Below, piece after piece: positions 1 through 10,330 of a stretch of DNA of 64,000 nt. The notes under the pieces were generated by a model, which made no database searches, was not told the origin of the DNA, and worked only from the letters and a program-made list of their open reading frames with translations. The translations under genes and the position numbers were made by a program. Source of the stretch: Convolutriloba macropyga. Lineage: Eukaryota. The first letter of the stretch is position 1. Every line of letters begins with the position of its first letter. Location: the NCBI RefSeq assembly GCF_964194025.1, contig NC_134477.1:35898001-35962000 (forward strand), in the 5' to 3' direction.

Positions 1-29
1 TTTCTAGCTGATTTGAAGTGGCGCCAACA

Positions 30-490
30 TCGCCGGCCCTGTTTTCGATCTCGGAAACACCATCGTAGAATACTGGCGCTAACTTCACGACTGGCCGGTT
101 TAGCTCTCCATGTGCCATTTTGACTCTCGCTGATCTCACAACTCCGTCGTTGCCAGTGAAAATCTCAATGATTCGTCCAAGTTTGTATTCACAGCGTTTC
201 ACAGAGTCATCTACTAGCCACACTAACTCGCCTTCTTTCAGGTTTCGCACATGTTCTTTTGACCACTTCGACCTCTGGTTCCATTGTGGAAGATATTCGC
301 GAGTCCATCTTTTCCAAATCATGTCGGCATATGCTTGAGCCGTTTTGAATGATCTTCTCAGGTCGTGGTAGCGCTCACTGGATGGCATGAATGGTGCACT
401 CGCGTTCTCTCGTCCTAGCAAGAAATGATTAGGTGTGAGTGCTGTCAAATCTTCAGGGTCGTCACTTACTGCCGTCAGGGGTCTTGCGTT
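30..490 (-). pseudogene. Out-of-frame C-terminal integrase/DUF5641-like segment of the BEL pol
   Basis: After EQT a shifted frame reads NARPLTAVSDDPEDLTALTPNHFLLGR...WKRWTREYLPQW...GNDGVVRSARVK...RPVVKLAP, typical of BEL integrase C-termini. This implies a 2-nt loss near 491-494. Confidence 0.88.
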
Positions 491-3400
491 GAGTCTGCTC
501 CACAAGACACATTGTTGTGCTGAATACCTCGTCGGTGAGGCTTCTGTTGTCCAAGATTGCAATCATGACCTTCTTGCAACTTTGAACTAGTCTTTCCCAG
601 ATTCCACCAAAGTGAGGAGCTCCGGGGGGGTTGAATTTCCAAACAATCTTTTTCTGTGCTAAGTCACTCTCAATCTTAGCTTTATCCCACTCGTTCATGA
701 ATGCTTTCAGCTCATTCGCTGCTCCCACAAAGTTTGTTCCGTTTTCACTGATGATGGTATTCGGGTAGCCACGTCTTGCAATGAATCTTGTCACCGCAGC
801 TAGACATGACTCGGTGTCCAATGACTGAGCAACTTCGATGTGTACTGCTCTCGTTGTCAGGCAAGTGAAGAGGCAGCACCATCTCTTCAAGGTACGTCGT
901 AGGAACTTGACTTCAAAGGGTCCGAAGTAGTCAACTCCGGTATGGGTGAATGGGAACACATGTTCATCAAGTCGTTCTCGTGGTAGATCCGCCATCGGTG
1001 GGTGAATTGGATTGGCGTTTCTGTGTCTGCATTTGATGCATCTTGACTTGATTTTTCTTAATGCATTTCTCAGCCCGATGATCCAGTATTCTTGTTGGAG
1101 CATGTTTCTCACATATTCTGTGCCCTCATGTAGGTTGTCTCGATGTGCTTTCTCCAACAGAAGTTGTACAACTGGATGTTTTGCTGTTAACAATATTGGG
1201 TGTTTTGCATTGTAATCAAGGTTTGAATGCTTCAGTCGGCCTTTCACTCTGATTGTTCCATCTTCCTCTATGAAGGGTGACAATTTGGCAATGTTTAATG
1301 TTTTGGAGATTTCTTTGCTGTTTGCTATAGACTTCGAAACATTCGGAAAGCTCTCGTTTTGAACAAATGGAAACAGTATTTGCTCTGCTTGATGAATTTC
1401 GTCTGCTTTGAGGGGACCCTTCTGTTTCGTCCTGAACCTCATGCAGTAGGCAATGAAATTTCTAATTCGATTGAAGGAACTGTATCGTCTCCAGTCAAAT
1501 AGTTGTTCTAGTTTTGTTTCTGTTGCTACAGTACTCGTAACTTGCTCAGGTTCGAGTTCATTCACTTGGCACCACGGCTTTGGCCACTTTTCTTCATCTG
1601 CCTGAAGCCATGCCGGCCCGTTTAGCCATGCGGACTCCTTGAGGCCTTCGATGGACATTCCTCGGGTTCCGATGTCGGCAGGGTTTTCAACACCTTTGAC
1701 GTGTCTCCATTGATCCATCGATGAGTTTTCCAGTATTTCAGCTGCTCTGTTTGCAACGAATACTTGTTGTTTCTTGTGCGCTGCCTGTAACCACTGTAGC
1801 ACTGTTGATGAGTCGGTCCAATGATAGATTTTGTCAATTTTGACATCATGTTCATTGAGTATCTGCTTTCTGAGACGAACTCCGTAGACTGCGGCTTGAA
1901 GTTCTAATTTCGGTACCGTCATATGTCTGATGGGTGCCACACGGCATTTCCCTATTACATATGTCAGTTTTAGCGTTGCTTCATCTTGCAGATATGCCAC
2001 AATGCACATTGCTTCCTCTGATGCATCTGTAAAGATGTGAAGTCTCAGGTTTGTGCAACCATTTTCAAAATAAAGTCGATTTATCGACATCGTCCTTATT
2101 TCTCTCAACTCAGAGCACCAATCACTGAACAGTTTTGAGTGTTCTGCTGACAACTCTTTGTCCCATGCTTGTCCCATTGCTGCCCAAATGCTTTTGAGTA
2201 GAAATCGCATTCGTATAGTAAAGGGTGAACATATCCCAAGTGGGTCGAACACTGCTGAGACAAAGGATAGGACAATTCTCTGAGTTATTTTTGCTGGAAC
2301 TTCTTGCTCAGTTCCACGACAGACTATGAGACTATCTGTGTCCACATTCCAGTTGAGTCCTAGGATTGAAGACGATTGTGGTTCTGCTTCGAAAGTTTTC
2401 ACAACTTTCGTTGATCTGTCTGTCTCTGGAATGTGTGACTTGACTTCTTCGTCACTTGCTATCCATTTCGTCAACTTGAATCCACCTTTGATGAGGATGT
2501 CTCTGACTTTCTGGTAGATTTCGATTGCTTCTTGAGGGGTTCTGACTGACTTTAGGAAGTCGTCCATATAGAAGTTTCGCTGGACAGCTCTGACAAGATT
2601 TTCGTCGTTGACTGCATTATCTTTCGCCACTTGGTGCAAGGCGTAATTTGCACAAGTCGGCGAGCTTTTCGCCCCAAAAACGTGTCGTGTGTACTCGTAG
2701 ACTTCTATTCTCAGCTCTGGATCTTCTCTCCAGAGGAATCGTAAACATCGGCTGTCATCTTTTGGGACAGCTACTTGAAGAAACATCGCTTCTATGTCGG
2801 CTGATAAGGCTATTTGGTGTTCTCGGAAGCGAAATATAATTCCGATCAAACTCTGCAGCAGGTCTGGCCCAGGTAGAAGTTTGTCGTTTAGGGCTACACC
2901 TTGATACTTTGCTGCTGCGTTGCACACTCTTCTGACTTTTTCGGGTTTGTGCGGGTTTATGACGGGATGATGTGGTAAATACCATTGCAGTTTGTCTTTG
3001 GTTTCATTCAGTTCAGCTTGATCTACTTTCCGAACGTATCCAGCGTTGACATCTGTGTCGATGGTTTTTTGGTAGCGCTTCTTTAGCGCCTCGTCTTTCT
3101 GCAGGCGTCGTTCTAAGGACTTGAGTTGCCCCATTGCAGAGTAGAAGTTGTTTGGTAACTTCACTTCGTCCTCTCGCCACAGAAGTCCAACTTCGTATCT
3201 TTCACCGTTGAAACGGGTTGTTTGTTCCAACGTCTTGATTGCTCGTTGTTCTTCTTTCCAATGTCCAGTGACATCGCAGTTTGAAGCGTAGGACTCGATA
3301 TCCCACCACTTACTCAACTGGTTCGCTAATTTATCGTCTGCAATTGATGTTGCTGTGGTCGCAAGAGTTGCTGCTTGCTTCGCTGGTAGGGGTCCACTTA

Positions 3401-6400
3401 AAGCCCAACCAATCTTTGATTTCACTGCCCATGGTGCAGCTTTGTCTTCTGACTTCTTGAATTCAAAAGGGTGATGAATGTCGTAGCAATCTTGTCCAAG
3501 AATCACTTGAACGTCGTTTAGATTGTAGCTCTGATCTGGCAAATTCCTCAGATGTGGGTAACGGTCTTTCAATTCTTGCAGCTCCACAATCTGGTCCCCC
3601 AATTTCAGTTTTTCGTGTACGTAGAACTGCACTGTCGTCAATGGTCGAGACTTCTCATGTGCTGAAACAGCTATCGGCACTATTTCAGTCTTTACATCCT
3701 GTGATCCATGGATCCCTGCTACTGATAGAGATGCTTTTCGGCCTTGGAGATGGAGTTTTGACACCACTGATTTGTCTACAAATGAGATTGAGGATCCCGA
3801 ATCACACATTGCTAGTACATTTAGGCTTAAGTCTCTGTTGGTCAGCTTGATTCGTACCACTGGAAGTCCTCCTTGGGTGATGTTAGTTGCTACTGCCGTT
3901 GTAGCATCTGAGACATTCTTTGTAGTCTCCTTCTTCGTTAGTTCGCTGTGCAAAAGCCTGTTGTGCCGCCTTCCACAGCTGGGTTCACTGCAGGTCCTGC
4001 TTCTGCAGTCCTTTGACATGTGACCTGGTTTCAAACAATTGAAACACAGTCGGAACTTCTGGACATGCTCTCGTCGTTCATTTACTTTCAGTGATTTAAA
4101 CTTTTCACACGTCCAAATAGGATGTTGCCCGTCTTTGAAGGGACATTCGAAATTCTTGGGTTTGCTTGACTCTTCAGCGTTTGAAGCAAAGGTACTCGTC
4201 TTCGGTTTATCACGGCTTTGAAATTTATTTCTGTCAAACGACGAGTTTGTCTGTGCTAACAAGTTCTCATGAATTGCAGCTTTGGAGGCAAGCCACTCCT
4301 TGAAAATAATCAGGTTACCTCTCAGTAGTCGACGATCTTGCATGTACTGTAACCACTGTTCTCTCAGTCGCGGAGAAAGTTTTCTGGTTGTTGAACTAAG
4401 CCCTGCTTCTGCTTCTAGATCTGATGTGTATCCAAGTTGAGTCAAGGTGTTCACCACATTTGTAACCACATTTGAGAATTTGACAATGCTCGTAGAATCG
4501 TCATGCCGAACTGGAGGATGAGTATATATTTTCTTGAATTGCGCGTTGACTATGAAATCTGATCTGCCGTACTTCTCACAGAGTATATCCCAAGCGTGAT
4601 AGTATGATTGTGAGCTGAATCCCATTCCCGATATTGCTGCCCTTGCTTGACCCGTGAGACTGGTCTTGAGGTATTGCATCTTTTCTGTATCGCTGATTGG
4701 CTTTTGATGAACAACAACATCAAAAAGACCTGACCACTCTGGCCACTCCAGAGGATCTCCTGAAAACTCAGTCAGTTTTAGTTTTGGCAAGCCATTGGCA
4801 CCACTGCTTGGTACTGGTTGGTAAATTACTTGGGGAGTGGTGTGATTCATTGTGCTCTTGATTCTGCTCTCGGCAGACCTGTTCCGAAAGTTGTTATTTG
4901 GACTCTGACTCCTGTTTCTGTCTTGAACTGCTGACGTTCGCTGCTGTTGAAACGTCGTCCTTGTCAACGGCGGTGCTGGTGGGTCCGTTACTCTAATTGG
5001 TTTACGGACTTCTGGTTTCTTGAGAATGCTCGGTTCAGTCAGTTGCGTTGAGAAAAGGCCTTCGCCCGGTTGGAACAGTGGGGTAACTTTCGGGTAGTTG
5101 CTGAAACGTTTGTCAGCTCTGTCCTTAGTGACATTCGTTGGAGGGTCGATAACAACATTTGGAGATGGGGGTCGTTGAGGGACAGACTGTTGAGCCCCTG
5201 CTTCTGCCCACCTCTCTATTCTTTCTTGATTTCGTTTTGATGCGACACTTTCTATCTCATCTGCCACTGATCCAGACGCTCGTGAGCTTCCTTTGGTGAG
5301 CTCAAGTTTCATACGTCTTTGTTCTTCTTCTTCCTCTGCTTTCCTTCTTTCGTTTTCCAGAGCTCGCTCATGCTGTCGAAAACGCAGTTCGTCTTCTTGT
5401 TGTTGCATCTTTAGACGTAACTCCTGTTCTTGTTGTTGCTGTTGTAAGCGTAACTCTTGTTCTCGTTGTTGTTGTTGTTGTTGCTGTTGTTGTTGTAAAC
5501 GTAACTCTTCTTGCTGGCGACGAAGTTCTATTTCTTCACGCTCCTGCTCTAACTCCAACTGACGCTCTCTCAGTCGTTGTTCTGTTTCTTTCTTTGCTCT
5601 CAGGTTTTCGAGCTCCATTTCTTCGATCTGTCGCCTTCTCGATGATCGCGAGTTGGCGATACTGGGTTGTTTTCTGCTTCCATGTGTAGCAGAATGCTTG
5701 GAAGGGACCTCGGCGTTCTCCTTAGCGTTTTCTATGGCTCCATTTTCTGTATCAATTACAGTTTCGTCGTTTGGGTCTTTGTCACCAGCCGATGTAGTGG
5801 ACACTAAAGATGTTTGATTTCCACAATCCTTGCTGAACCTATACTGTTTCAGCAAGTCTTCATAGTGACTCCTAAGATTACTGAAATTCGCCAACCCTTG
5901 GTGACAGTGTTCGGTCTTCATCATTGGAAAAGCTTTTGCGCAAATTTCATCTAACTTTTCTTTTAACCGTTCCACCTGATCACACAGTATCTGTCTTTCG
6001 GAGTCGCTTAAATTTTCTGCTTTCAATTTCTTTTCGAGTTCTAACCTTTCGTCCTCGATTTGATCAGAATCTTCCCATAATTGGTACAATCGCAATGTGT
6101 CTTTCCGGTAGTCGACAACTACTGCGCGAAAATCTTCAATATCTTGGAGATCTGGTATTTTGTCAACTACCCATCGCAAAACCTTTCTCTTTTCTTCTAA
6201 CATACGCTTGGTGTCATTATCAAAGCTTTCAAAATACTTTGGTTTTAAAAGTAACCTTTGCTGTTGTCGGTTGTCTTCCAAGTTGTCGTACGTCTCGAAG
6301 AAACATCGATAAGCACCTTTGGCTGTCATTGTTTTGTTTTGTGTCAGGTAGCCTTCCAGCTCGTTGAGGTGTCTGGAAAAGGACTTGAGTAGGTCAGCTT

Positions 6401-6482
6401 GCTCTTTCTCTAACGTCTTGAGTTGACCACTCGCCTTCCAATCAGCTGTCTTCCAGTGTCTGTTGGGACTTTTGCTGGCCAT
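462..6482 (-). CDS. BEL/Pao gag-pol polyprotein, frameshifted near its C-terminus
   Basis: 2006-aa ORF: DUF1759-like gag (LPKLKLTEFSGDPLEW), three Cys/His knuckles (CPFKDGQHPIWTC, CFNCLKPGHMSKDC, CSEPSCGRRHNRLLH), protease AMCDSGS, RT YMDD, RNase H/Peptidase_A17 HIFTDASEEA, integrase HHCC zinc finger and core (GVDYFGP, GGIWERLV). Confidence 0.95.
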   Translation of the reverse strand: MASKSPNRHWKTADWKASGQLKTLEKEQADLLKSFSRHLNELEGYLTQNKTMTAKGAYRCFFETYDNLEDNRQQQRLLLKPKYFESFDNDTKRMLEEKRKVLRWVVDKIPDLQDIEDFRAVVVDYRKDTLRLYQLWEDSDQIEDERLELEKKLKAENLSDSERQILCDQVERLKEKLDEICAKAFPMMKTEHCHQGLANFSNLRSHYEDLLKQYRFSKDCGNQTSLVSTTSAGDKDPNDETVIDTENGAIENAKENAEVPSKHSATHGSRKQPSIANSRSSRRRQIEEMELENLRAKKETEQRLRERQLELEQEREEIELRRQQEELRLQQQQQQQQQQREQELRLQQQQQEQELRLKMQQQEDELRFRQHERALENERRKAEEEEEQRRMKLELTKGSSRASGSVADEIESVASKRNQERIERWAEAGAQQSVPQRPPSPNVVIDPPTNVTKDRADKRFSNYPKVTPLFQPGEGLFSTQLTEPSILKKPEVRKPIRVTDPPAPPLTRTTFQQQRTSAVQDRNRSQSPNNNFRNRSAESRIKSTMNHTTPQVIYQPVPSSGANGLPKLKLTEFSGDPLEWPEWSGLFDVVVHQKPISDTEKMQYLKTSLTGQARAAISGMGFSSQSYYHAWDILCEKYGRSDFIVNAQFKKIYTHPPVRHDDSTSIVKFSNVVTNVVNTLTQLGYTSDLEAEAGLSSTTRKLSPRLREQWLQYMQDRRLLRGNLIIFKEWLASKAAIHENLLAQTNSSFDRNKFQSRDKPKTSTFASNAEESSKPKNFECPFKDGQHPIWTCEKFKSLKVNERREHVQKFRLCFNCLKPGHMSKDCRSRTCSEPSCGRRHNRLLHSELTKKETTKNVSDATTAVATNITQGGLPVVRIKLTNRDLSLNVLAMCDSGSSISFVDKSVVSKLHLQGRKASLSVAGIHGSQDVKTEIVPIAVSAHEKSRPLTTVQFYVHEKLKLGDQIVELQELKDRYPHLRNLPDQSYNLNDVQVILGQDCYDIHHPFEFKKSEDKAAPWAVKSKIGWALSGPLPAKQAATLATTATSIADDKLANQLSKWWDIESYASNCDVTGHWKEEQRAIKTLEQTTRFNGERYEVGLLWREDEVKLPNNFYSAMGQLKSLERRLQKDEALKKRYQKTIDTDVNAGYVRKVDQAELNETKDKLQWYLPHHPVINPHKPEKVRRVCNAAAKYQGVALNDKLLPGPDLLQSLIGIIFRFREHQIALSADIEAMFLQVAVPKDDSRCLRFLWREDPELRIEVYEYTRHVFGAKSSPTCANYALHQVAKDNAVNDENLVRAVQRNFYMDDFLKSVRTPQEAIEIYQKVRDILIKGGFKLTKWIASDEEVKSHIPETDRSTKVVKTFEAEPQSSSILGLNWNVDTDSLIVCRGTEQEVPAKITQRIVLSFVSAVFDPLGICSPFTIRMRFLLKSIWAAMGQAWDKELSAEHSKLFSDWCSELREIRTMSINRLYFENGCTNLRLHIFTDASEEAMCIVAYLQDEATLKLTYVIGKCRVAPIRHMTVPKLELQAAVYGVRLRKQILNEHDVKIDKIYHWTDSSTVLQWLQAAHKKQQVFVANRAAEILENSSMDQWRHVKGVENPADIGTRGMSIEGLKESAWLNGPAWLQADEEKWPKPWCQVNELEPEQVTSTVATETKLEQLFDWRRYSSFNRIRNFIAYCMRFRTKQKGPLKADEIHQAEQILFPFVQNESFPNVSKSIANSKEISKTLNIAKLSPFIEEDGTIRVKGRLKHSNLDYNAKHPILLTAKHPVVQLLLEKAHRDNLHEGTEYVRNMLQQEYWIIGLRNALRKIKSRCIKCRHRNANPIHPPMADLPRERLDEHVFPFTHTGVDYFGPFEVKFLRRTLKRWCCLFTCLTTRAVHIEVAQSLDTESCLAAVTRFIARRGYPNTIISENGTNFVGAANELKAFMNEWDKAKIESDLAQKKIVWKFNPPGAPHFGGIWERLVQSCKKVMIAILDNRSLTDEVFSTTMCLVEQTQRKTPDGSK

Positions 6483-6557
6483 CGTTGCAGGTTGTGTTTT
6501 GGTCCACCAGGTTGAATCGAAGATTCGTTTCTGTTCGTGTCACTGCTGTTGATGTTG

Positions 6558-6574
6558 TCCGGGTCGGTGGACCA
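6558..6574 (-). promoter_or_regulatory. Primer-binding site, tRNA-Tyr-like
   Basis: TGGTCCACCGACCCGGA 2 nt after the LTR; matches 14/17 with the complement of the eukaryotic tRNA-Tyr 3' end as recalled (TGGTCCTTCGAGCCGGA). Confidence 0.8.
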
Positions 6575-6576
6575 AA

Positions 6577-7570
6577 TGTTGCGGCTGCTCAAGAATCTCA
6601 GCGGAACCGATATATCACAGCCTGGTTCTCGAGTTTTACGCCGGCCTGGTTCTTCACTGGGTTCGATTGACTAACGATCTCACAGAAATAATTAGTCGCT
6701 CGGACGTATTAAAGGACTGTAACTTTAATTTTGTTGATTGAAGTTAAGAAAATCCTTAGTGACAATCTATGTTCAATCTGGTGCTGAAGTTTGTAAGGCT
6801 TCAACCAGTAGCTAGTATTGTTGCAAACTTCTCGTTAAGTAAGCTCAACTAACTTATAACCCGCAAGATCTTAAGATCTACCAAAACTTAACAAGAAAGA
6901 CTAAAGTTGTTAAAGAATCAAATTTTAGTCTATCTGAGAGCCAACTGCTCTTGGTAACAGTTTCTAATGGTTCTAAATACAATACGGTTTCACTATTCAA
7001 ACAATTGGGTTAAAGTAAATAATCAAATATTTATCATTTATAACATCATCATTACTTGTTTCTGATTGGTTAATCAAGAAAATGATTTATGTCATTGTTT
7101 ACATAGTAAATGTCAAATTACTGCAATATTTACTTTTGTTGACATAAGCACGGATGGTTATTACGTGGCTCTAAATGCCTCAAATGTACGGTATTTGACC
7201 TTTAATGATCATCTAAAGTATCATAAAATAAACAACTTAAGAAATTTAACAATAAATAACAAAATATCGAAAAATGCCAATTTTGCACCATTTAAGTGCT
7301 AATAGCCACACTTGTGGGTATGATGCAATAATGTTCGTTGGGTCCATGAATAGCTTAGAGGTAACCCTAACCGTCTGCCATAACCTCGGTTTGCTCGGGT
7401 TTTGCCTTCCCAAAATCGGGGGGGGGGGTGTACAGATTTTCGGTCCCAACTTGTAAAATTTTTCAGTTTTGACCATTTTTGAGTTTTGACAAATTCTAAG
7501 TTTTTTCAGTTTCAAAAGTTATTTCTTGCTGTCTGATGGCTTTTCTAGCTGATTTGAAGTGGCGCCAACA
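6577..7570 (-). repeat. 5' LTR (994 bp)
   Basis: Minus strand starts TGTTGGCGCCACTTCAAATCAGCTAGAAA (identical to 1-29) and ends GCCGCAACA just before the PBS. Confidence 0.9.
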
Positions 7571-8564
7571 GATTTTCTGTCTGACCGAACAATTTTTTGT
7601 ATCTTTCGTCTTGAAAAACTCGTAAAGGTCAAGGGCTTCATCAAATCGCTGAGCAGTAGTTGTCTTAAAGGCTAACTAGTCACTGAGTATTTGACGAGAA
7701 CTTTTGGGCGAAACCTCTATTGACCTAGACCGCTTTCTTATGATATTTTGACCTCATCCAGCCCTCCATGAAACCTACTGTTTACGCGTCAATTTTGGGT
7801 GGTTTGGATACCCACTAAACCGTCCCGTTTCAGCCACTAAGTTTTTGTATTCTTTGAGGCCGTTCTCTCCTTGCGCTCCCCTAATTCGAATTATTCGACG
7901 CCTGTAGAAATTCATATTTTTAAAAATTCTTTCCTCAAAATTTAAATGTTTGCAAACAACAATCCTGAAGCCAGGATGCTAGTTTTTTGACCGATCTCTA
8001 GACTAGTCGATTATGAGCAAATCGACGGTGACAAAAGACTCCTAGCTCTCCTGCATTTCTGCAATTTCAAAACAAAATTGAGAGCAATTAGCCCGACGTT
8101 AGACGGTTGTTTTACAATTTTACAAACATTTGAAAGCGCAACGTTCGGAGGGCAATTTCCAAAAGCATTAATGTATTGTATTCTCTTCGAGCGAAAAGAA
8201 ATTGGGGCTCATTGTATTGCTATAAAAGATCCAAGCGAAAAACAAAAAGTAGAAAGTTTATCTCTTCATTGCTTGATATCGTTACTAAGTACAACATATC
8301 ACACAACGTCACTGCTTAGGTCTGTCATAACTTACAGAAGCATTTTAAATACACAGAAAAAATAGAATATTTGTCACTTCCAATAAAGTTTGTCGTTAAA
8401 CACTCGTTTTTAAAATACTCTCGAATGAGAAGCAATTATTGTAAACTTGCGTGTCTTTCTACGACTCGAAGAGTAGTATTGAGGCTCTACGAGTTTTTAC
8501 GACTCCAAAACGAGTACTGGTATTTTGCAGGTTTTTTAGCTAGAGTAAGTTTGTTACCGACTTG

Positions 8565-9505
8565 AATTTTGACTTCTATCGTTTCGAACATTTACCTCTG
8601 TTTTTGATTGTTTACTTCTGTTTTCGAACATTCGATTTTAACACAGTTGCTTATTTTGTAATGCATAGTAATCGGAACTGCTGATAATATTCAAGGCCAA
8701 GAGGTCATTTTGAGATTTTTGATCCTATATAAGTGACCCCTACTTATCTAAACCACAGACCCCCCACCTACCTACCTACCTACCAGCCCTCCACTTATCT
8801 ATCCACCTCCATCCCCCACTACCGGACCTAACGCCCCAAACCTCAACCTAACCCCCAACTTATCCCCCATCTACCCCCGCCCCTTCCCTTATACCCCCAA
8901 CCCTTCCCCGCCTATCCCAGCACTTACCCACACCTCTGAACTGAAAAATTGGGCCTGCATTTTTTGAAATACTTGTTTTATTGTGCTACTTTTTTGTTTT
9001 TCCCAGTGTCTATTTTGATGTTCCGATTGATAAAGTTAGTTTCTGATTTCGGTACCGGCTATGTTTTTTGAAGCTGAAGTCGTGACTTGAAATTTGACTT
9101 CTGTTTTCGAAAGTTCACTTCTGTTATAGAACGTTGACTTCTGTTTTCAAACAATAGAATTTAAGATTTGTTTGGTTTGTAATGTACAGTAATTTAGAAC
9201 TGATTGTAATTTTCAAGGTGAAAGAGTCATTTTAAGAGTTTTCGGTCCTATATAAGTCACTCAAATCTATCTAACCTACCCACTCCCCCCCCCAACTATC
9301 CCCCTACACCTAACCCCCTCCACTACAAACACAACTAGCCCCCACCACCTCACCTCCACTACCGTCTCTCTTACCTACCCAAATTTCTCACTTTGAAAAT
9401 AGATTTCTCACTTTTTGCTTTTTTATTTCTGAAATTTGTAAGTCTGGATAGTCTTTATTGCACGACTCTTCGAATCGTTTCCAGTATTCTACGGCTATGT
9501 TTTTA
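8565..9505 (+). repeat. Diverged tandem duplication (units start about 525 bp apart) with C-rich tracts and HINE-like 3' ends
   Basis: The block TTGACTTCT..TTTCGAA...CCTATATAAGT.AC plus a C-rich run occurs at about 8568 and 9095. Both units end in CGGCTATGTTTTT, like the 3' end of the HINE-A copies. Confidence 0.6.
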
Positions 9506-9658
9506 ATGAAAATTTTTCACTTAAAAGTTTTGCTCTTTTGTTCTAGAATAATCTTCGACTGCTCACCCACTTTTGTTTTTTGAGTGATTTCAATTGCGCT
9601 CACCCCGAAATAAAGTTTGTGGTTCAAACAAAACCGATTGTTAGACAGTTGTTGACAA

Positions 9659-9744
9659 GGCCCCAATTGTCGACTGGTTAATACCTCCGTTGATTTGGCG
9701 GAATCGGGCTCAGGAGGTTGGGATTTGAATCCTACCTTCGGCTG
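9659..9744 (+). pseudogene. Degenerate tRNA-like sequence or SINE head
   Basis: A-box-like TGTCGACTGGTTAATAC and B-box-like GGATTTGAATCC at long-variable-arm spacing; no convincing acceptor stem. Confidence 0.35.
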
Positions 9745-10330
9745 ATGTTTTTGCAGCCATAAAGAAAAAATTTATCTAGGCTACAGCCCCTGAATTAAAT
9801 TGCGCCGCCTATCATTCGTGAGCAATTTTGTCCGACGTTTGTCGGTTTATGTCTTTCAGATGATAGACTGAAAATAGCAACGGTTCTGCTGTGACTTCGC
9901 GTATTTATATCTGATGTGCTCACTTTCAAAAATGGATTCAACTTTTTACGAGGTAAAACTAATAGTACATTATTTGAATTCTGTATCAAAACTTTCTCTT
10001 TTTGTTTGTTCTCACCAATAATGAAATTTTTATCCTGTCTATGTAGTTGCTATTACTGTTACCTTAATAAAAACCACCATTTTGTTGCCACCTTTGTGAG
10101 GTCAAAATTGCAAAGAATTCATTTTTCGAAACGATGATTATATGTTAAACTACTATTTTAAACTTTGTCTATTAAAAACTCTATTTAGTTAGCAATTATC
10201 AGTTACAACAGAATTGACATCCTTTATTCTCGCTTGAAATCAAAGTTAAATTTTAAATGTTAAATTTGTAATTGTATCTTTTGCAGAGTAGTTGTATGGT
10301 GTTGGAGTTGATAGATCGGAAAAGAGAACA

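Larger units (their letters stand above)
1..7570 (-). mobile_element. BEL/Pao LTR retrotransposon; 3' LTR runs off the window start
   Basis: 5' LTR 6577-7570 with TGTTG...CAACA termini. Its first 29 nt (minus strand) recur at 1-29, the start of the 3' LTR. PBS follows the 5' LTR, a purine-rich tract precedes the 3' LTR, and the single gag-pol ORF has the BEL domain order. Confidence 0.97.

Noticed and set aside
5293-5562. Cys-rich + strand ORF
   Set aside because: Antisense shadow of the polyQ/E coiled coil in BEL Gag.
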